Of a stretch of DNA of 64,000 bases, positions 22,626-41,789 are shown piece after piece. This DNA is from Salpingoeca rosetta (taxonomy: Eukaryota; Protista; Choanoflagellata). How positions within the stretch are numbered: the stretch's first letter is position 1; every line of letters begins with the position of its first letter. The stretch lies in NCBI GenBank assembly GCA_033442325.1, contig JAWQFM010000025.1, positions 320,826 through 384,825 of the forward strand. The letters are read 5' to 3'. Below the pieces are notes generated by a model. The model ran no database searches. It saw only the letters and a program-made list of their open reading frames with translations, and had not been told where the DNA came from. The position numbers and the translations under genes are program-made.

Positions 22626-23872
22626 AACGCACCGTCGCTGGCAAAGGAGTCGCGGAAGTCCTCGATGCCGGCCTGCGCTGCAAGGTCGTCGACAGCGGTG
22701 GACGCATCCTCAATGACGCTGCTCGCATCCTTGAGCGAGGTGATGGTGCTGTTGTCGACAATGCCCGTGCCGTTGTCCGCGGCCAGGATCATGTCGCCAA
22801 TGTCCACGAGCTCGCCCGTCAGCACCAGCAGGCCATCAATCTGGGCACCTGATTGGCGTTGTTAAGCGGGAGACAGGGAGGGGGAGGGGATGTGTGGAGA
22901 TGAGATGAGATGGTGAGACGTGTGTTGGTTGAGACGTTGAGAGAGCTTGGCACAGCACTGCTCAAAACACCACTACCCACGAAACATGCAAAGTTGGACC
23001 CAACCACCACAACCCGAAAATCGAAACACCACCACCACACCACCACCACACCACCACCACCACCAACTCTTCTTGCCAACTTGCTCCTCTCACCACAACA
23101 AGCACACGCCACACCATCCCCTCCTCCTCTCCTCTCGTTTGCTTGCGCTTACCGAGGTCGTCCACCCATTGGACGGCAGAGTCCACGACGGTGGGCACGT
23201 TGTTGAACGCGGTGTCCTGGTCCTTGCTTGCCTCGAGGCCGACGATGATGAGGGCAAGGCCCGCGATGGAGCAGCAGATGAGCAGACCTCCGAGCGAGAA
23301 CGAGCAGCACTGGTCCGTGGACTCCAGGCGGCACTTGCCGCAGCAGCGACAGCACGACCAAATAAGGATGCCAATGAAACACAGAACGCCAATCACAATC
23401 ACAGGTGCCACGCGCTTCACGCCAACATCCTGTGCGTACGACACGAGCTCGTTTTGATCCGTCAGTGCTGCACAATGCAATGATGCGTGTGTGTGTGTGG
23501 ACGGGGTGTGGAAGGGATTGAGGGGGGGGGGTGGAGCGAGTGCGACAAGTGGAAGAGAGGGGAGCGAGAGCGAGAAGGGGGGTAAGTGGGGGTGGGTGAG
23601 GAGAGGCATTGGACAACGTGTGCATTTGAGCAGCAGCAAATTCACCACACAAGCAAGCCCACGCAAGCTACACTTAGCCACACACAAGCTATCCTCACAA
23701 CCCTCCTCCTTCACACACACACACACACACACATGAACTTACGGTTGTTGGTGGTCCAGCGCTTGACTTGTTTGCCAGGGGTGTAGGTGGAGTCATCCGC
23801 GGCGTTGGCAGCAGACATGGCCACGGCGCACACGCACAGCGTGGCCAGCAGAAACAGGCGGGCAGCAGCCAT
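20914..23872 (-). CDS. Tweety-like (TTYH family) multi-pass membrane protein, paralog A
   Basis: Signal-like start MAAARLFLLATLCVCAVA; TM followed by [10 protein letters not shown]; SDVCINPD; FFIQC...NPF; final YQLVLNVLCGDAAEALG plus TM. These match the Tweety pattern (SDFC.xPD, C...NPF, C.DG.EGL). Interrupted by the N-gap at 22394-22549. Confidence 0.72.
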
Positions 23873-24482
23873 CGTGGTTCGGGTGGTTGTCAGGAACAGC
23901 TGAGAAGGTGTATGGAAATGCGCGGTGGGGGGGGGGGCTGGGGTTTGTGTGTGCGCTGTGCTGCAAGCGGTGGTTGAAGGTGGTGGTCGTCGTCACACAC
24001 GGCTGCAGGGCTCAGCACTGCAGGCTCAGCAGCAGCACAACCTCGGTCTGGAATGGAGGACGGTGGGTGTGTGTGTTTGGGGGCACAAAACTGCACCGCC
24101 TCTCGCGCACCCACACACGTCTTGCCAACCACAGGCCAAACAAAACCCAACACGAAGAGCGCGGTTCGGTGCACCGAAGTGACGTCAGTTCCTGTTCTGG
24201 CTGCATCGAATCAATAGTTCACAACGCTCCCGCTTGATGATTCGAAGCGGCGTTTTGTTGACTAAACACGTTTCAGCAATATCTTCGTGCTAATTTCGTC
24301 AGTGCGAAAAGCTGTCAAAAAGCGACTTTGTTTCTTCTTCGAAACCGCGAACCGCGACAACAAAAAACCGACAGACCACACCACGACAACCCCATTCTCC
24401 GCCCACCACCGTTTCGTCCTTGCACCACGACCAGAAGCAAAGCAAGAGCCCGACCGACGAAAGCACACACCAACACACCACC
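23873..24482. promoter_or_regulatory. Putative bidirectional promoter between the Tweety-like genes, with a CRE palindrome TGACGTCA (24180-24187)
   Basis: About 610 bp between divergent ATGs, free of long microsatellites. Confidence 0.45.
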
Positions 24483-24680
24483 ATGCTGAAGAAGCTGTCG
24501 CCGACCGTGCGGGCATGGCTGCCAACCGTGCTGGTGGCCCTAGTTTCCATGGCGGGCGTCTTCATCGTCGCTCAAAACAACCTCGACTACGAGCTCTACA
24601 GCCCCGGACCACAAGTCAGGCGCTGGCACTCCGATTTCAGTGCGTGCAATGTGGGCGTGGTGTTGTGGTGGCATGTGTAT

Positions 24681-24722
<42 letters not shown>

Positions 24723-25358
24723 TGTGGAAGGGGCGTGGTTAAGAACGGGGATGGCTTTGAACGACAGTGCTCATCCGCTCACCCTTGATATCTTCCCTTC
24801 GCTTGCGATCCCCTTCCTTCATACATATCTCACCTCCATCCACACACGCACACACACACACACGTGTACACCGCATGCACGCGCACACCACGCGCATACA
24901 CACGCACACATACACGCGCATACACACACATGCATGCACACACACACATACACGCGCATACACACACATGCATGCACACACACACACAACACGTACATGC
25001 ATGTACATACATGCATACACAGACCTTGACTTGAGCAACCTGGACTTTGATTCGCTGAAGGGCTATGCCCAGGATGTGGGCGTGAAGCGCGTCGCCCCCG
25101 TCATCATCGTTGGCGTGCTTTGCTTCATTGGCCTGCTCATCTGGACCTGCTGCCGCTGCTGCGGCAAGTGCCGCCTCACGGACGCCTCCACTTGCTGCAA
25201 GACCGTGCTCATGCTGCTCCTGCTCGGCACCCTCATCGCCGGCATCGCCATGATCAGCGTCGGCTTTGATGCAGATCGCCAGCAGTCCGACGCCATGGAG
25301 GCTGTCCCCGGCGTCGTCGACAACGTCGTGCAGTTCCTCCAAGACACAAGTCAGTGCG

Positions 25359-25433
<75 letters not shown>

Positions 25434-27570
25434 TGAGTGTGTGTGTGAGTGTGTGAGTGTATCTTCATGTTTGCATTTGGCAATCTTTTTGGCACCTGCC
25501 AGTCAATTCAGTTCTTCCTGTTTCTGTGCGTGTGTGTGTGTGTGGGGGGGGGTTCTTCTATCCACACATTGTAACCTCTGTCACCCATCCACTCGTGTGG
25601 TTGTATTGCACACCATAGGCGACTATGTTGTGGAGCTCGGTGCCGTTGCCGACGACCTCGCCGCCAACACCGTCGCGCTGCTTGAGGCAGACAACGGTAC
25701 GCGCGTGCGGTGACAATATGAAATGAGGCGCAATGACGTGCACGTGTGTTGGGTGGGGGAGTGAGGTTGCAGTACGCTGTGTGCAGGTGCATCCCTGTGT
25801 GGCATGCGCGCCAAATGTAATTCCTCCCTCACCTATGAGACGCACTCTTCCTCACCTCTTTGACCTCGTTCACGCACACACACACACGCACACTGCAGGG
25901 ACGGGCGTGATTACGCAGTCGACGGTGCAGGACCTGAACGACGCCGTTGATCTGATTGAGACACTGGCGGACAGCATCGACACGGAGGTCAGCGACATCG
26001 ACCTCACCCAGCTCGAGGACTTCTCAGATAACGGTGTGTGTGTGACAGTGTGTGTGTGTGTGTGTGACAGTGGGACAGTGTGTGTGTGGGTGTGTGTGCT
26101 CATGCACGTGCATCAGACTTGCCCGTTGCTCGCATGCACGCGTTCTTACCGTTCTTGTGTGTATTGTTCAAACATGCGCGCCTGCAGTTGACAAGTACAA
26201 CGAGCAGCGCCATCTTGGTCTCGTCATTGTCCTCGCCGTGCTCCTCTCCCTCGTCCTTCTCGAAGGTACAGCTCAAAGATGCACGCACACGCGCGTGCTT
26301 GTCATTGCTTGCGGTGCTGACGCGCATCCCGTGTGTGCGTCCGCATTAGCTACATACACACACAGACACATACACACACACAGACACATACACACACGCA
26401 CACACACACATACACGCACGCACACACACACACACATACACACACGCACGCACACACACACACACACACACTCTCACAAGCCCCGTCTCCACCACCATCT
26501 TTCCAACACCCTCCGCCCCAGGTCTGTTTGCGCTGCTGAATGCGTATGCGGGCGACGACTACAAGCCAAAGAAGAACTGCATGCGCTACTTCACCCCCGT
26601 CATCGGCATTCTCGCCATGATTGTTCTCCTCGTCCTCTGGGTACGCACCGTCGGTGTGGCGTGATTGCAGAGGGGGGGGGGTTGCTGGTTTACGTGTTTG
26701 TTTGTTTGCTCGTGTGTGCACTGTTGATGTGCCCTCATCTTCGCTCGTGTGTGCACTGTTGATGTGCCCTCATCTTCGTTCGTGTGTGCACTGTTGATGT
26801 GCCCTCATCTTCGCTCGTGTGTGCACTGTTGATGTGCCCTCATCTCCTCTGCCTGTATCCTCAATCTCATTTCTTCCTCACCCACTCTAACCCCCTCACG
26901 CACACACACAAACACACGTCTTCAACCCCGTCTCCCCAACACCTCACCCTCCTCCCCAACACCTCTCCCCTTTCTGTCACACACACACAGATCTTGTCTG
27001 GTGCGCTGGTGGGCATCATGACGGCGTCGTCGGACGTGTGCTACGACCCCAACACGCAGTTCACGAACCTGCTGGAGGATACGTCCAACAGCCAGGACGT
27101 CAACGACCTCATCTCCTTCTTCATCAACTGTGGACAGGATCCCACCCTCCCAAACCCACTCCAGAGGTGGGAGGGGGCGTAGTGTGTGTCTGTGCGCGTG
27201 CGTCCGTGCGCGTGTGTGTGTTTGTGGGTGTCTGTCTGTCTCCGTGTCTGTGTGTCTCTGTGTACTTGTTTTTATTCTGTCACCTCGCGCTTGCTCATGT
27301 TTCCGACACTCCACATTCCATCCCTCGCCCTCCGCGTCGAAACTCACCCTCGTGCACCCCCCCCCCCTCTTCTACACCACACCACCACCACCAGCGACAT
27401 CAACGGTATTCTGTCATCGCTGAACGATTCGCAGGTGTACGTGCTTGACCTGCGCCAGGAGGTGCGCGACGAGCCAAACTGCGACACGCCGCAGTACAAC
27501 AGCACGTGCGAGGCCATCGCGGCCGCCCTTGCCGTGAGTACACCCGGCACCATTCCTGCGTCACGTGTGT

Positions 27571-27646
<76 letters not shown>

Positions 27647-28518
27647 CAGGACGATGCGTTGCCTGCACTCTACATGGAGGAAGAAGGGATTCTTGGCAGG
27701 CGCTCATTGATTATATACACACATCACATCACAACACCACACAACACCACACCACACCACACCACATCACCCGTCGTCTTGCGCCTCAGAACACAACGCG
27801 TATCCTAGATGACCTTGAGGAAGTGCTCGGCGCAAACACAATCGACTCGACCGGCAACGCACGTGATGGCTTCCTCTCCCTCGCCGGCTGCTACGGCCTC
27901 AACGAACGGTGTGTGCGTGCGTGAGTGAGTGTGTGTGTGTGTGTGTGATGTGATGTGTGTTGTCGTGGTAGCTTTGCTGACTAGGACACGGCTGTCCTTG
28001 CCTCCGCCCCCCACCTCGCTCTGCCAACTCCCACCCAATAACCCCTCTCCCCCCCCCACCTAAAAACACATCCTCCTCCCCTGCAGGTACAACCTTGTGC
28101 TGCGGACGTTCTGCGGCGATGCGGTGGAGGCGCTCGGGAAGTCAACAGAGGTCGTGCTTGGCTTTGCCGTCATCTACGTCTTCACACAAGTCTTCATCAG
28201 GTGCGTGTGTGCGTGTGTGTGTGTCTGTGTGTCTGTGTGTCTGTGTGTGTGTGTGTCTGTGTCTGTGTCTGTGTGTGTGTGTGTGTGTGTGCACGCGTGT
28301 GTTACGTTTTCCCGTGCACGTGTGTGTCGTATTTTGTAACCGCCTGTCATCCCCCTTACCATTCCCACCTGCTCCCTGCCCCCCCCCTCCGCCCCGGAAC
28401 TCCTGTACGTATTCCCCGATCTCACCCACCACATCCACCACCATTACCACCACCACCACCACTCCGGCAGGCGGACACCGGTCTCGATGAAGATGATGAC
28501 ACGTCCAAGGTCCTGTAG
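24483..28518 (+). CDS. Tweety-like (TTYH family) multi-pass membrane protein, paralog B
   Basis: ATG at 24483, stop at 28516-28518. Shares with paralog A: [41 protein letters not shown] and [22 protein letters not shown]. Confidence 0.75.
26708..26845. repeat. 35-bp intronic minisatellite, 4 copies
   Basis: Unit gctcgtgtgtgcactgttgatgtgccctcatcttc at 26708, 26743, 26778 and 26813, without spacers. Confidence 0.9.
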
Positions 28519-28950
28519 ACTGTAGCGCGCCTTCCACCCGAGAATACATACACTACAGACATGCATCCTGTATCCACACCTGCCGTCCTACGTTCCGTTG
28601 TTGTTGTTGTTGTTGTTGACGAGGTGTTTGGTTTCAAGTGGCTGCGCCTTTGTGGTTTGGGAGTGCTATTCTGCTGGCTCGCTTGTTGTGTGTCACTGAA
28701 CTGCTGTTGGCTGTGATGATGTGACGATGGCATGGCGGCGACGCGTTTTTGATTCCACAACAAAAATCAAAATGTCTTCTCCTCCGCCTCTGCATGTTTC
28801 TGGTTCCATGATGGCGTCATGTTGTCGGTGTTGCTGTTGTGAGACATAAACCCATACACGTCACCATTTTCCTTGCTTGCTTCAACGACAACATGGAGAG
28901 AAAGTGTGTGGGTGGAGGCGGGGTTGAGCTTGAGTGAGACCAACGCGCGT

Positions 28951-29072
<122 letters not shown>

Positions 29073-29914
29073 TCTTTGTTTTCGAAACTTCCAGCAAATC
29101 ATTCACGACAAATCACAGCAGTGTTTGGATTTGTTGGTCTCAGCCAGTGGCAAGCAGCTCCAGTTTTGTGCCAAGAAGAAGACACACACATCCACGTACA
29201 CCACACACCACCACATAGACTACACCCCATACATGCNNNNNNNNNNNNNNNNNNNNNNNNNNNNNNNNNNNNNNNNNNNNNNNNNNNNNNNNNNNNNNNN
29301 NNNNNNNNNNNNNNNNNNNNNNNNNNNNNNNNNNNNNNNNNNNNNNNNNNNNNNNNNNNNNNNNNNNNNNNNNNNNNNNNNNNNNNNNNNNNNNNNNNNN
29401 NNNNNNNNNNNNNNNNNNNNNNNNNNNNNNNNNNNNNNNNNNNNNNNNNNNNNNNNNNNNNNNNNNNNNNNNNNNNNNNNNNNNNNNNNNNNNNNNNNNN
29501 NNNNNNNNNNNNNNNNNNNNNNNNNNNNNNNNNNNNNNNNNNNNNNNNNNNNNNNNNNNNNNNNNNNNNNNNNNNNNNNNNNNNNNNNNNNNNNNNNNNN
29601 NNNNNNNNNNNNNNNNNNNNNNNNNNNNNNNNNNNNNNNNNNNNNNNNNNNNNNNNNNNNNNNNNNNNNNNNNNNNNNNNNNNNNNNNNNNNNNNNNNNN
29701 NNNNNNNNNNNNNNNNNNNNNNNNNNNNNNNNNNNNNNNNNNNNNNNNNNNNNNNNNNNNNNNNNNNNNNNNNNNNNNNNNNNNCACACACGCACACGCA
29801 CACAAGACACACGCACACAAGACACACGCACACAAGACACACGCACACAAGACACACGCACACACACGCTGGTTGTTCATAACCTCACACTCCCCTCCCT
29901 TCCATCTGACACAG

Positions 29915-35836
<5,922 letters not shown>

Positions 35837-36046
35837 ATCGTCCAGCAGAATCCGGGTTTGTGTGTGTGTGTCTGTGTGTGTCTGTGTGTGTCTGTGTGTG
35901 TGTGTGTGTCTGTGTCTGTGTGTGTATGTGTGTGTGTGTCTGTGTGNNNNNNNNNNNNNNNNNNNNNNNNNNNNNNNNNNNNNNNNNNNNNNNNNNNNNN
36001 NNNNNNNNNNNNNNNNNNNNNNNNNNNNNNNNNNNNNNNNNNNNNN

Positions 36047-36158
<112 letters not shown>

Positions 36159-36742
36159 TTCTTTGTGTGTGTGCAATTTCATGTGCTTTCCTAAGCTGTC
36201 AGTGTGGTGTCCTGGTGTGCCGTGTGCTCGCGTCCCGTTCAGTCGCCAATTGGCGTGTCGGTTATATCTCGGACATGCGTTACTTTTGACTTCGCTCCTG
36301 CGTTTACCAAGCTCTCAGTCGTGTTGCCTGCCAGGTTGCTTGTTTCGCGTAGCTGTTGTCTCCCGCTTGCATTCGTATTTGTTTCAGCTTCGATACGCTT
36401 CGCTTCCCATTTCTTCTCGTTTTTGTGGTGTGTTGATCAGTTCTGCAAGCACGTGTTCGCTCAAGCCAGTGCTAATTACTTCACTGCCACAAGACTGGCG
36501 AAGGTGGGCAGTGAAGGAGATGACGAGAGGACAAGAGGAGAACGCACAAGACAGATGACGGGAGAACGCACACGATAGATGACAGACGGACAAGCAAGAG
36601 GGCAAACACAAACAAACACACAAACACAAACATTGAATATTGACCATATTTTCACATACTTTTCATCTCAGCACACTGCCACCCACTGGACTTGAGTTGG
36701 ATGTGAGAACAACATAGAACAACAACAAGACAACAGCCAAAC

Positions 36743-38185
36743 ATGAAGCGGCGCGCGAGCATGACAGACGAGGTTGCATTGATGCTTTCTGATGACGACG
36801 ATGACGGCGGTGACGATGGTGCTGCTGATGGGATTGATGTACCGGCATCAGCAGTGGGTGATGTGCCCCTGACAAAGAGAAATCGCACCACGGGCAGTAC
36901 ACGAACGCAAGGCAATGCCTTTGCACGCCTGAGCAGGCCACGCCCGCTGCCCTTGCCAGCACTGCCTTCGTCAAGAAGGAAAGGAGGAGGCGTGCAAGTT
37001 GTGCGCATGCCTCGCATGCCTCCGTTGTATGTTGACGAGCAGCATCGCGTCTCAGTGGGTCTGTCGTCCACGCGTTCATCGACGACCTCCTTGAAGCGCA
37101 GGACGACGCGCCGTCAGTCACAGAAGCAGACGCAACAGCAGCACCGACAGCAGCATCAGCGAGGCAAGAGCCACTCGCAACAGGGATCCACTCGCCCCGC
37201 TCGCCACACTGGCCACACCAGTAGCAAGGTCAAGATGCAGGCAACAGTGGGCAAGCGCTTCAAGTGTGACCAATGCAAGTACAAGACAGCTTACAAGGGA
37301 CACCTGACATCACACAAGCGAACACACACTGGTGAGAAGCCATACAAGTGTGACCAGTGCAGTTTCAAGACAGCCCACAAGAAAAGCCTGACAACACACA
37401 AGCAAACGCACACTGGTGAGAAGCCATACAAGTGTGACCAGTGCGAGTACAGAACGGCGCGGCGTGATTGTTTACTCGCACACCAGAGAACACACACTGG
37501 TGAGAAGCGACACAAGTGCGACCAGTGCGAGTACAAGACGGAACGCAAGCGTGACTTGCTCGCGCACCAGAGAACACACACTGGTGAGAAGCCGTTCAAG
37601 TGTGACCAGTGCGAGTACAAGACGGCACGCAAGCGTGACTTGCTCGCGCACCAGAAAAGACACACTGGTGAGAAGCCGTTCAAGTGTGACCAGTGCAGCT
37701 TCAAGACGGCCTACAAGCGAACTCTGACAACACACAAGCGGATTCACACTGGCGAAAAGCCATACAAGTGCGACCAGTGCAGCTTCAAGACGGCACACAA
37801 GTCTACATTGGCCCGGCACAAGCGAACACACACTGGCGAGAAGACCTACAAATGCGACCAGTGCGACTACAAGACAGCGAACAAGAAACACCTGACAACA
37901 CACCAGAGAACACACATTGGTGAGAAGCCATACAACTGTGACCAGTGCAGCTTCAAGACGGCGTACAAGCACATTCTGACAACACACAAGCGGATTCACA
38001 CTGGCGAAAAGCCCTACAAGTGCGACCAGTGCGAGTACAAGACGGCGTACAAGCGAAACATGCCCAGACACAAGCGGATTCACACTGGCGAGAAGCCATA
38101 CAAATGCGACCAGTGCGAGTACAAGACGGCCTACAAGCAACACCTGACAACACACAAGCGGATTCACGCTGGCGAGAAGCCGTAG
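36743..38185 (+). CDS. Intronless C2H2 zinc-finger protein with 11 tandem fingers
   Basis: 11 x (F/Y/H)xCDQCx(F/Y)(K/R)Tx5(L/M)x2Hx3H with TGEKP-type linkers; basic/acidic N-terminus starting MKRR. Confidence 0.95.
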   Translation: MKRRASMTDEVALMLSDDDDDGGDDGAADGIDVPASAVGDVPLTKRNRTTGSTRTQGNAFARLSRPRPLPLPALPSSRRKGGGVQVVRMPRMPPLYVDEQHRVSVGLSSTRSSTTSLKRRTTRRQSQKQTQQQHRQQHQRGKSHSQQGSTRPARHTGHTSSKVKMQATVGKRFKCDQCKYKTAYKGHLTSHKRTHTGEKPYKCDQCSFKTAHKKSLTTHKQTHTGEKPYKCDQCEYRTARRDCLLAHQRTHTGEKRHKCDQCEYKTERKRDLLAHQRTHTGEKPFKCDQCEYKTARKRDLLAHQKRHTGEKPFKCDQCSFKTAYKRTLTTHKRIHTGEKPYKCDQCSFKTAHKSTLARHKRTHTGEKTYKCDQCDYKTANKKHLTTHQRTHIGEKPYNCDQCSFKTAYKHILTTHKRIHTGEKPYKCDQCEYKTAYKRNMPRHKRIHTGEKPYKCDQCEYKTAYKQHLTTHKRIHAGEKP

Positions 38186-38471
38186 CGTACAAGTATGACC
38201 TGTGCGAGTACCGGGCTGTTTGCCGAGGTGATGTCTCGAGGCACGTGAAACGCATGCATGACTGAATAGACAGTGACATGCGCGTAACAGCTGTGACGTT
38301 GGCGACCATGATCACGACGACTTGTACATCCTGAAGGGCGAGTACGTCTACTTTCTTGTGTGCTGAGATGACTGTGTACTCAGTCAATAAACTTGGCTTT
38401 GAACGCGTAAAAGCGGCTTGCTTGTAAGTGAGGCGAGGAGACGCACCACACACAACGGATGCGATGACGTC

Positions 38472-38507
<36 letters not shown>

Positions 38508-38691
38508 CACATACACACGCCCACACACACACGCCCACACACACACACACACACGCCCACACACACACACACACACACGCACACACACACACACACACAC
38601 ACGCACACACACACACACGCACGCACACACACACACACACGCACCCTGCCCTCTCCGACAAGAGAAGACTGCAAACGACGGCTAACCATGG

Positions 38692-41292
38692 CTAGAGCTT
38701 CCCGTTCATACGCAACCCGGCTTCCAGCAGAATCCGCCTCATCTCTTCTGGCGACTGGTTTACGAATGTCGCGTCGGGCCATCGCCATTCCAATGAGTTG
38801 GTCCAGCAATCTTCCAACACGAGCGCCGGGAAGGGTGGAAGGCTGTCCACGCAGTCAAACGTGCAGTCAACCAGCAGGAGACGCTGCACGTTGCTGATGC
38901 ACGCAAAATCGCTGATGGCACACCCAAAGAGCCGGCAGTGGCGCACGTCCTTTATGAGGCTGACGTTCACGCTTCTGCTAACTTGTTGTTGCCACGCAGA
39001 GCGATCGTCATCATCATCGTCATCATCGTCATTATCGTCATCATCAACAGCAGTAGTAGAAGCACTCTTACCACTGTCTTTGTCAGCACCACCATCACCA
39101 CGACAATCATCTCCACGACAATCACCACCACCACCACAACCGCCGTCATCGCCATCACCATCATCGTCATCACCACCACCATTCCTCCGTGCGCCAGATT
39201 TCGCCAGCCGATTCGTCTCCCCCTCCCTCGACTGCCGGTGGAGCGCTGTGGTCAGTCCGGCAACGGTGGCTCTCTCGATGTGCAGCGAGGTGATCGACGC
39301 CATGGCGACAGATCCTTGGCAGGAGCTCAGGCGCACGTGCTCGCAGTCGGTAATGTCTCCCTCGACTCTGCATGTCATGAGGTCAAGCAGCTTTCGCCCA
39401 GACAGCAAGTGCAGGTCGTGCACGGTAACGGCTCCTTCACCCTCATCATCGTCTGTGTCTTGCTCAAGCAATAACTGCGGCACGTGTTGCATGAAGCTGC
39501 AATGAATGTCGCACTTGAAATGCACCTTGAGCAGCCGAACACACGGTGGCACTGGCGCATTCACGTGCCTTGTTGTCAAAAACACGACGACATGGCTCGG
39601 GATGGCGTTCAGACTTCGGATGTCCTCAACACAGTGTCCGAGGATCAGCCTGTCCACACGGCGGCCAAGGGCAGCCAGCTGCTCCGGTGGAAGCACAACG
39701 GGTTCTGCAGCCGTGCTCGCAAACCTCACCAGGCCTGCGTGTTCAAAGTCGGGCAACAACGGTGGCGACGGCGAGTTGTCGTCAATTTCAAGCTCGGTAA
39801 TGTGGCTCGGGCACGTGAGCCGCTTCACGTTTGAGTTGTTGAGCAGCTCAATGTGTGTGGCGTTGGGGAGGTGTAACACATCAGGGACGGTCCTGAGGCC
39901 ACGAAACGACACGTGGGTTGCGTTCAACGTGTTGATTTCAAGCGGCGAGGCGCGCAGCTCCAAGATTTTTGCGGCTGCAATGGCCTCCTGTCCACGTGAA
40001 CACTTGAACTTGTCAAGAAGCAGCTCCTCTGCACCAATCACCGGCGTGAGGTCGCTTGTCTCACCAAACGTGCTTGAGAGGCTCACCCTGGCCAACCTGC
40101 CCTCGGCGAGGTAGCTCAGGTCATCGATGGTGTCCCACATGGCGGAGAAGTCAATGCATCGCACACGCTGCAAGTTACAGCGACTCGCCAAATGTCCTGT
40201 TGTTGCACTCCAACAAAACTGGTCCACATCACGCACATCGACATCGTACGAGGCATAATCAAATCTGTCCGAGAGAATGAAGATGGTGATGTCGCACGCC
40301 TTAATTAAGGTGAAGTTCGCTTTGCCTGCGGTCAGGTACACATATTCTCCTCGCACGCCTGCAAGCGTGGTCGTGCGAAGCTTATGCCAAAGATCGGCAT
40401 CTTCCTGTTTGAAGAGCTCAGTCCTGAGAGAGAACACCGCAGGAGCAGCGCGAAGAGCACATCGTTGGTGTTGCTGGTGCTCGTATTGCCGGTGGTGCTC
40501 ATGTCGCTGGTGCTGTTGCTTGTGCTGAATTTCTTCTTCGTCCCCTTTCGCATCTTCTTCCTTGCCCTCCTCCTCGTGTTCTGCTTGGTGCTGCGGCTTC
40601 TTCGATGGCACTGCGTCAGCGCGGGGCTGTTTGAAGTGTTGTTCGTGTTTCTCGCACGCGTCTTCCAATCCATGTGCTGTATCACTGCGGTTCTGCCCTT
40701 GTTCGTGTCGTTGCACGCTCTCGTCCCACTTCTCAAGCGCGCTGAGCACGCCGAACCAGAGCCGACCGCATTGCCTGAATTTGTGCCAGAACCGGGCATC
40801 GTGCACTTGTGCCGTGAGGAAGGAGCAGGAGCTGTCCCATGTGACGCCGAGCCAGCAGTGCACGAGAAATCGGTTCTGCAGCCAAGCGCCAATATCCGTG
40901 CAAACAGCGTCTGTATCCGTCGCTTCGTCACTGTCCTGGGACTGATACCAAGCGTACAGGGCGTCCCGCTCCACCTGGAATGTATCGATCCAGTCTTTGA
41001 CTACCCGCGGTGTCTCTCTGATGCTTTTCTCCAAGGTCGAGGGGTAAGCGCACACGACAGCATCGGCAAACACATTGTAAAGGCACCACTTTGGCATGGC
41101 CCATGGCAAGTCGTGGTACAGCTCACGGCACGTCAACATGAGGTTGAAGAAGGTGCGAGCAATGTCGCGTCTAACGCGAACACAATACACGTCGACATCA
41201 ACCGCTGCCTCCACCTGTGCGTCAACTGTAATTGGCGGCGGCACAAGCAGCTGCTCTGCAACCAGCGCCCACTCGCTCGCGTGTACACTCAT
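38692..41292 (-). CDS. Intronless 866-aa hypothetical protein with degenerate LRR-like solenoid repeats and a possible F-box-like N-terminal motif
   Basis: Long uninterrupted ORF with repeated LxxxxxLxLxxC-like segments (LPNATHIELLNN, ISNVQRLLLVDC, VRHCRLFGC). FFNLMLTCRELY is reminiscent of an F-box end. Confidence 0.6.
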   Translation of the reverse strand: MSVHASEWALVAEQLLVPPPITVDAQVEAAVDVDVYCVRVRRDIARTFFNLMLTCRELYHDLPWAMPKWCLYNVFADAVVCAYPSTLEKSIRETPRVVKDWIDTFQVERDALYAWYQSQDSDEATDTDAVCTDIGAWLQNRFLVHCWLGVTWDSSCSFLTAQVHDARFWHKFRQCGRLWFGVLSALEKWDESVQRHEQGQNRSDTAHGLEDACEKHEQHFKQPRADAVPSKKPQHQAEHEEEGKEEDAKGDEEEIQHKQQHQRHEHHRQYEHQQHQRCALRAAPAVFSLRTELFKQEDADLWHKLRTTTLAGVRGEYVYLTAGKANFTLIKACDITIFILSDRFDYASYDVDVRDVDQFCWSATTGHLASRCNLQRVRCIDFSAMWDTIDDLSYLAEGRLARVSLSSTFGETSDLTPVIGAEELLLDKFKCSRGQEAIAAAKILELRASPLEINTLNATHVSFRGLRTVPDVLHLPNATHIELLNNSNVKRLTCPSHITELEIDDNSPSPPLLPDFEHAGLVRFASTAAEPVVLPPEQLAALGRRVDRLILGHCVEDIRSLNAIPSHVVVFLTTRHVNAPVPPCVRLLKVHFKCDIHCSFMQHVPQLLLEQDTDDDEGEGAVTVHDLHLLSGRKLLDLMTCRVEGDITDCEHVRLSSCQGSVAMASITSLHIERATVAGLTTALHRQSREGETNRLAKSGARRNGGGDDDDGDGDDGGCGGGGDCRGDDCRGDGGADKDSGKSASTTAVDDDDNDDDDDDDDDRSAWQQQVSRSVNVSLIKDVRHCRLFGCAISDFACISNVQRLLLVDCTFDCVDSLPPFPALVLEDCWTNSLEWRWPDATFVNQSPEEMRRILLEAGLRMNGKL

Positions 41293-41789
41293 TTTGCTTT
41301 GGATGGCGGGGGTGCTGGCGAGGTTTCTAGAGGTTTGGAGTGCTTGAGGCTTCGAGGGACGGTAAATGCGCGTTCGTGTGACTGTAAGATGCTTTGTGTA
41401 AATCGAGAGAGGAGGTAGTCTTCTGTGCCTTTGCGGAGGGGTGCACCACAGGGCAACAGCGAGCGCGGTGCGGACGATCGCCTGTGTGCCTGCTGACTTG
41501 CTGAGGCTGTTACGAGGTTCTTGAGGTTGTTACAGCAGTGTTGTTCGCTCAGCTGCTGTGGTTGTTGTGGTTGTCCTTCTTTGGCAGATGAATGAATATA
41601 TCTTTAAACAATTTTCTTCAAACAACCAGTGAGCGCACTCACGCAAACAACAACAACCACCTTCTTCTTGCCCGACCACAGACGCACTCCGCCACACCCA
41701 CTCCAGCACTCCAACCTCAACGTCTCAGCCTTCCAGCCCAGCCCAGCATCCCCAAAAGCCCCCCTTCCAGTCTTCGTTTCCACATCGAA

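Noticed and set aside
26708-26845. 35-bp repeats as a CRISPR array
   Set aside because: Units are contiguous with no unique spacers, lie in a eukaryotic intron, and have no cas genes nearby.
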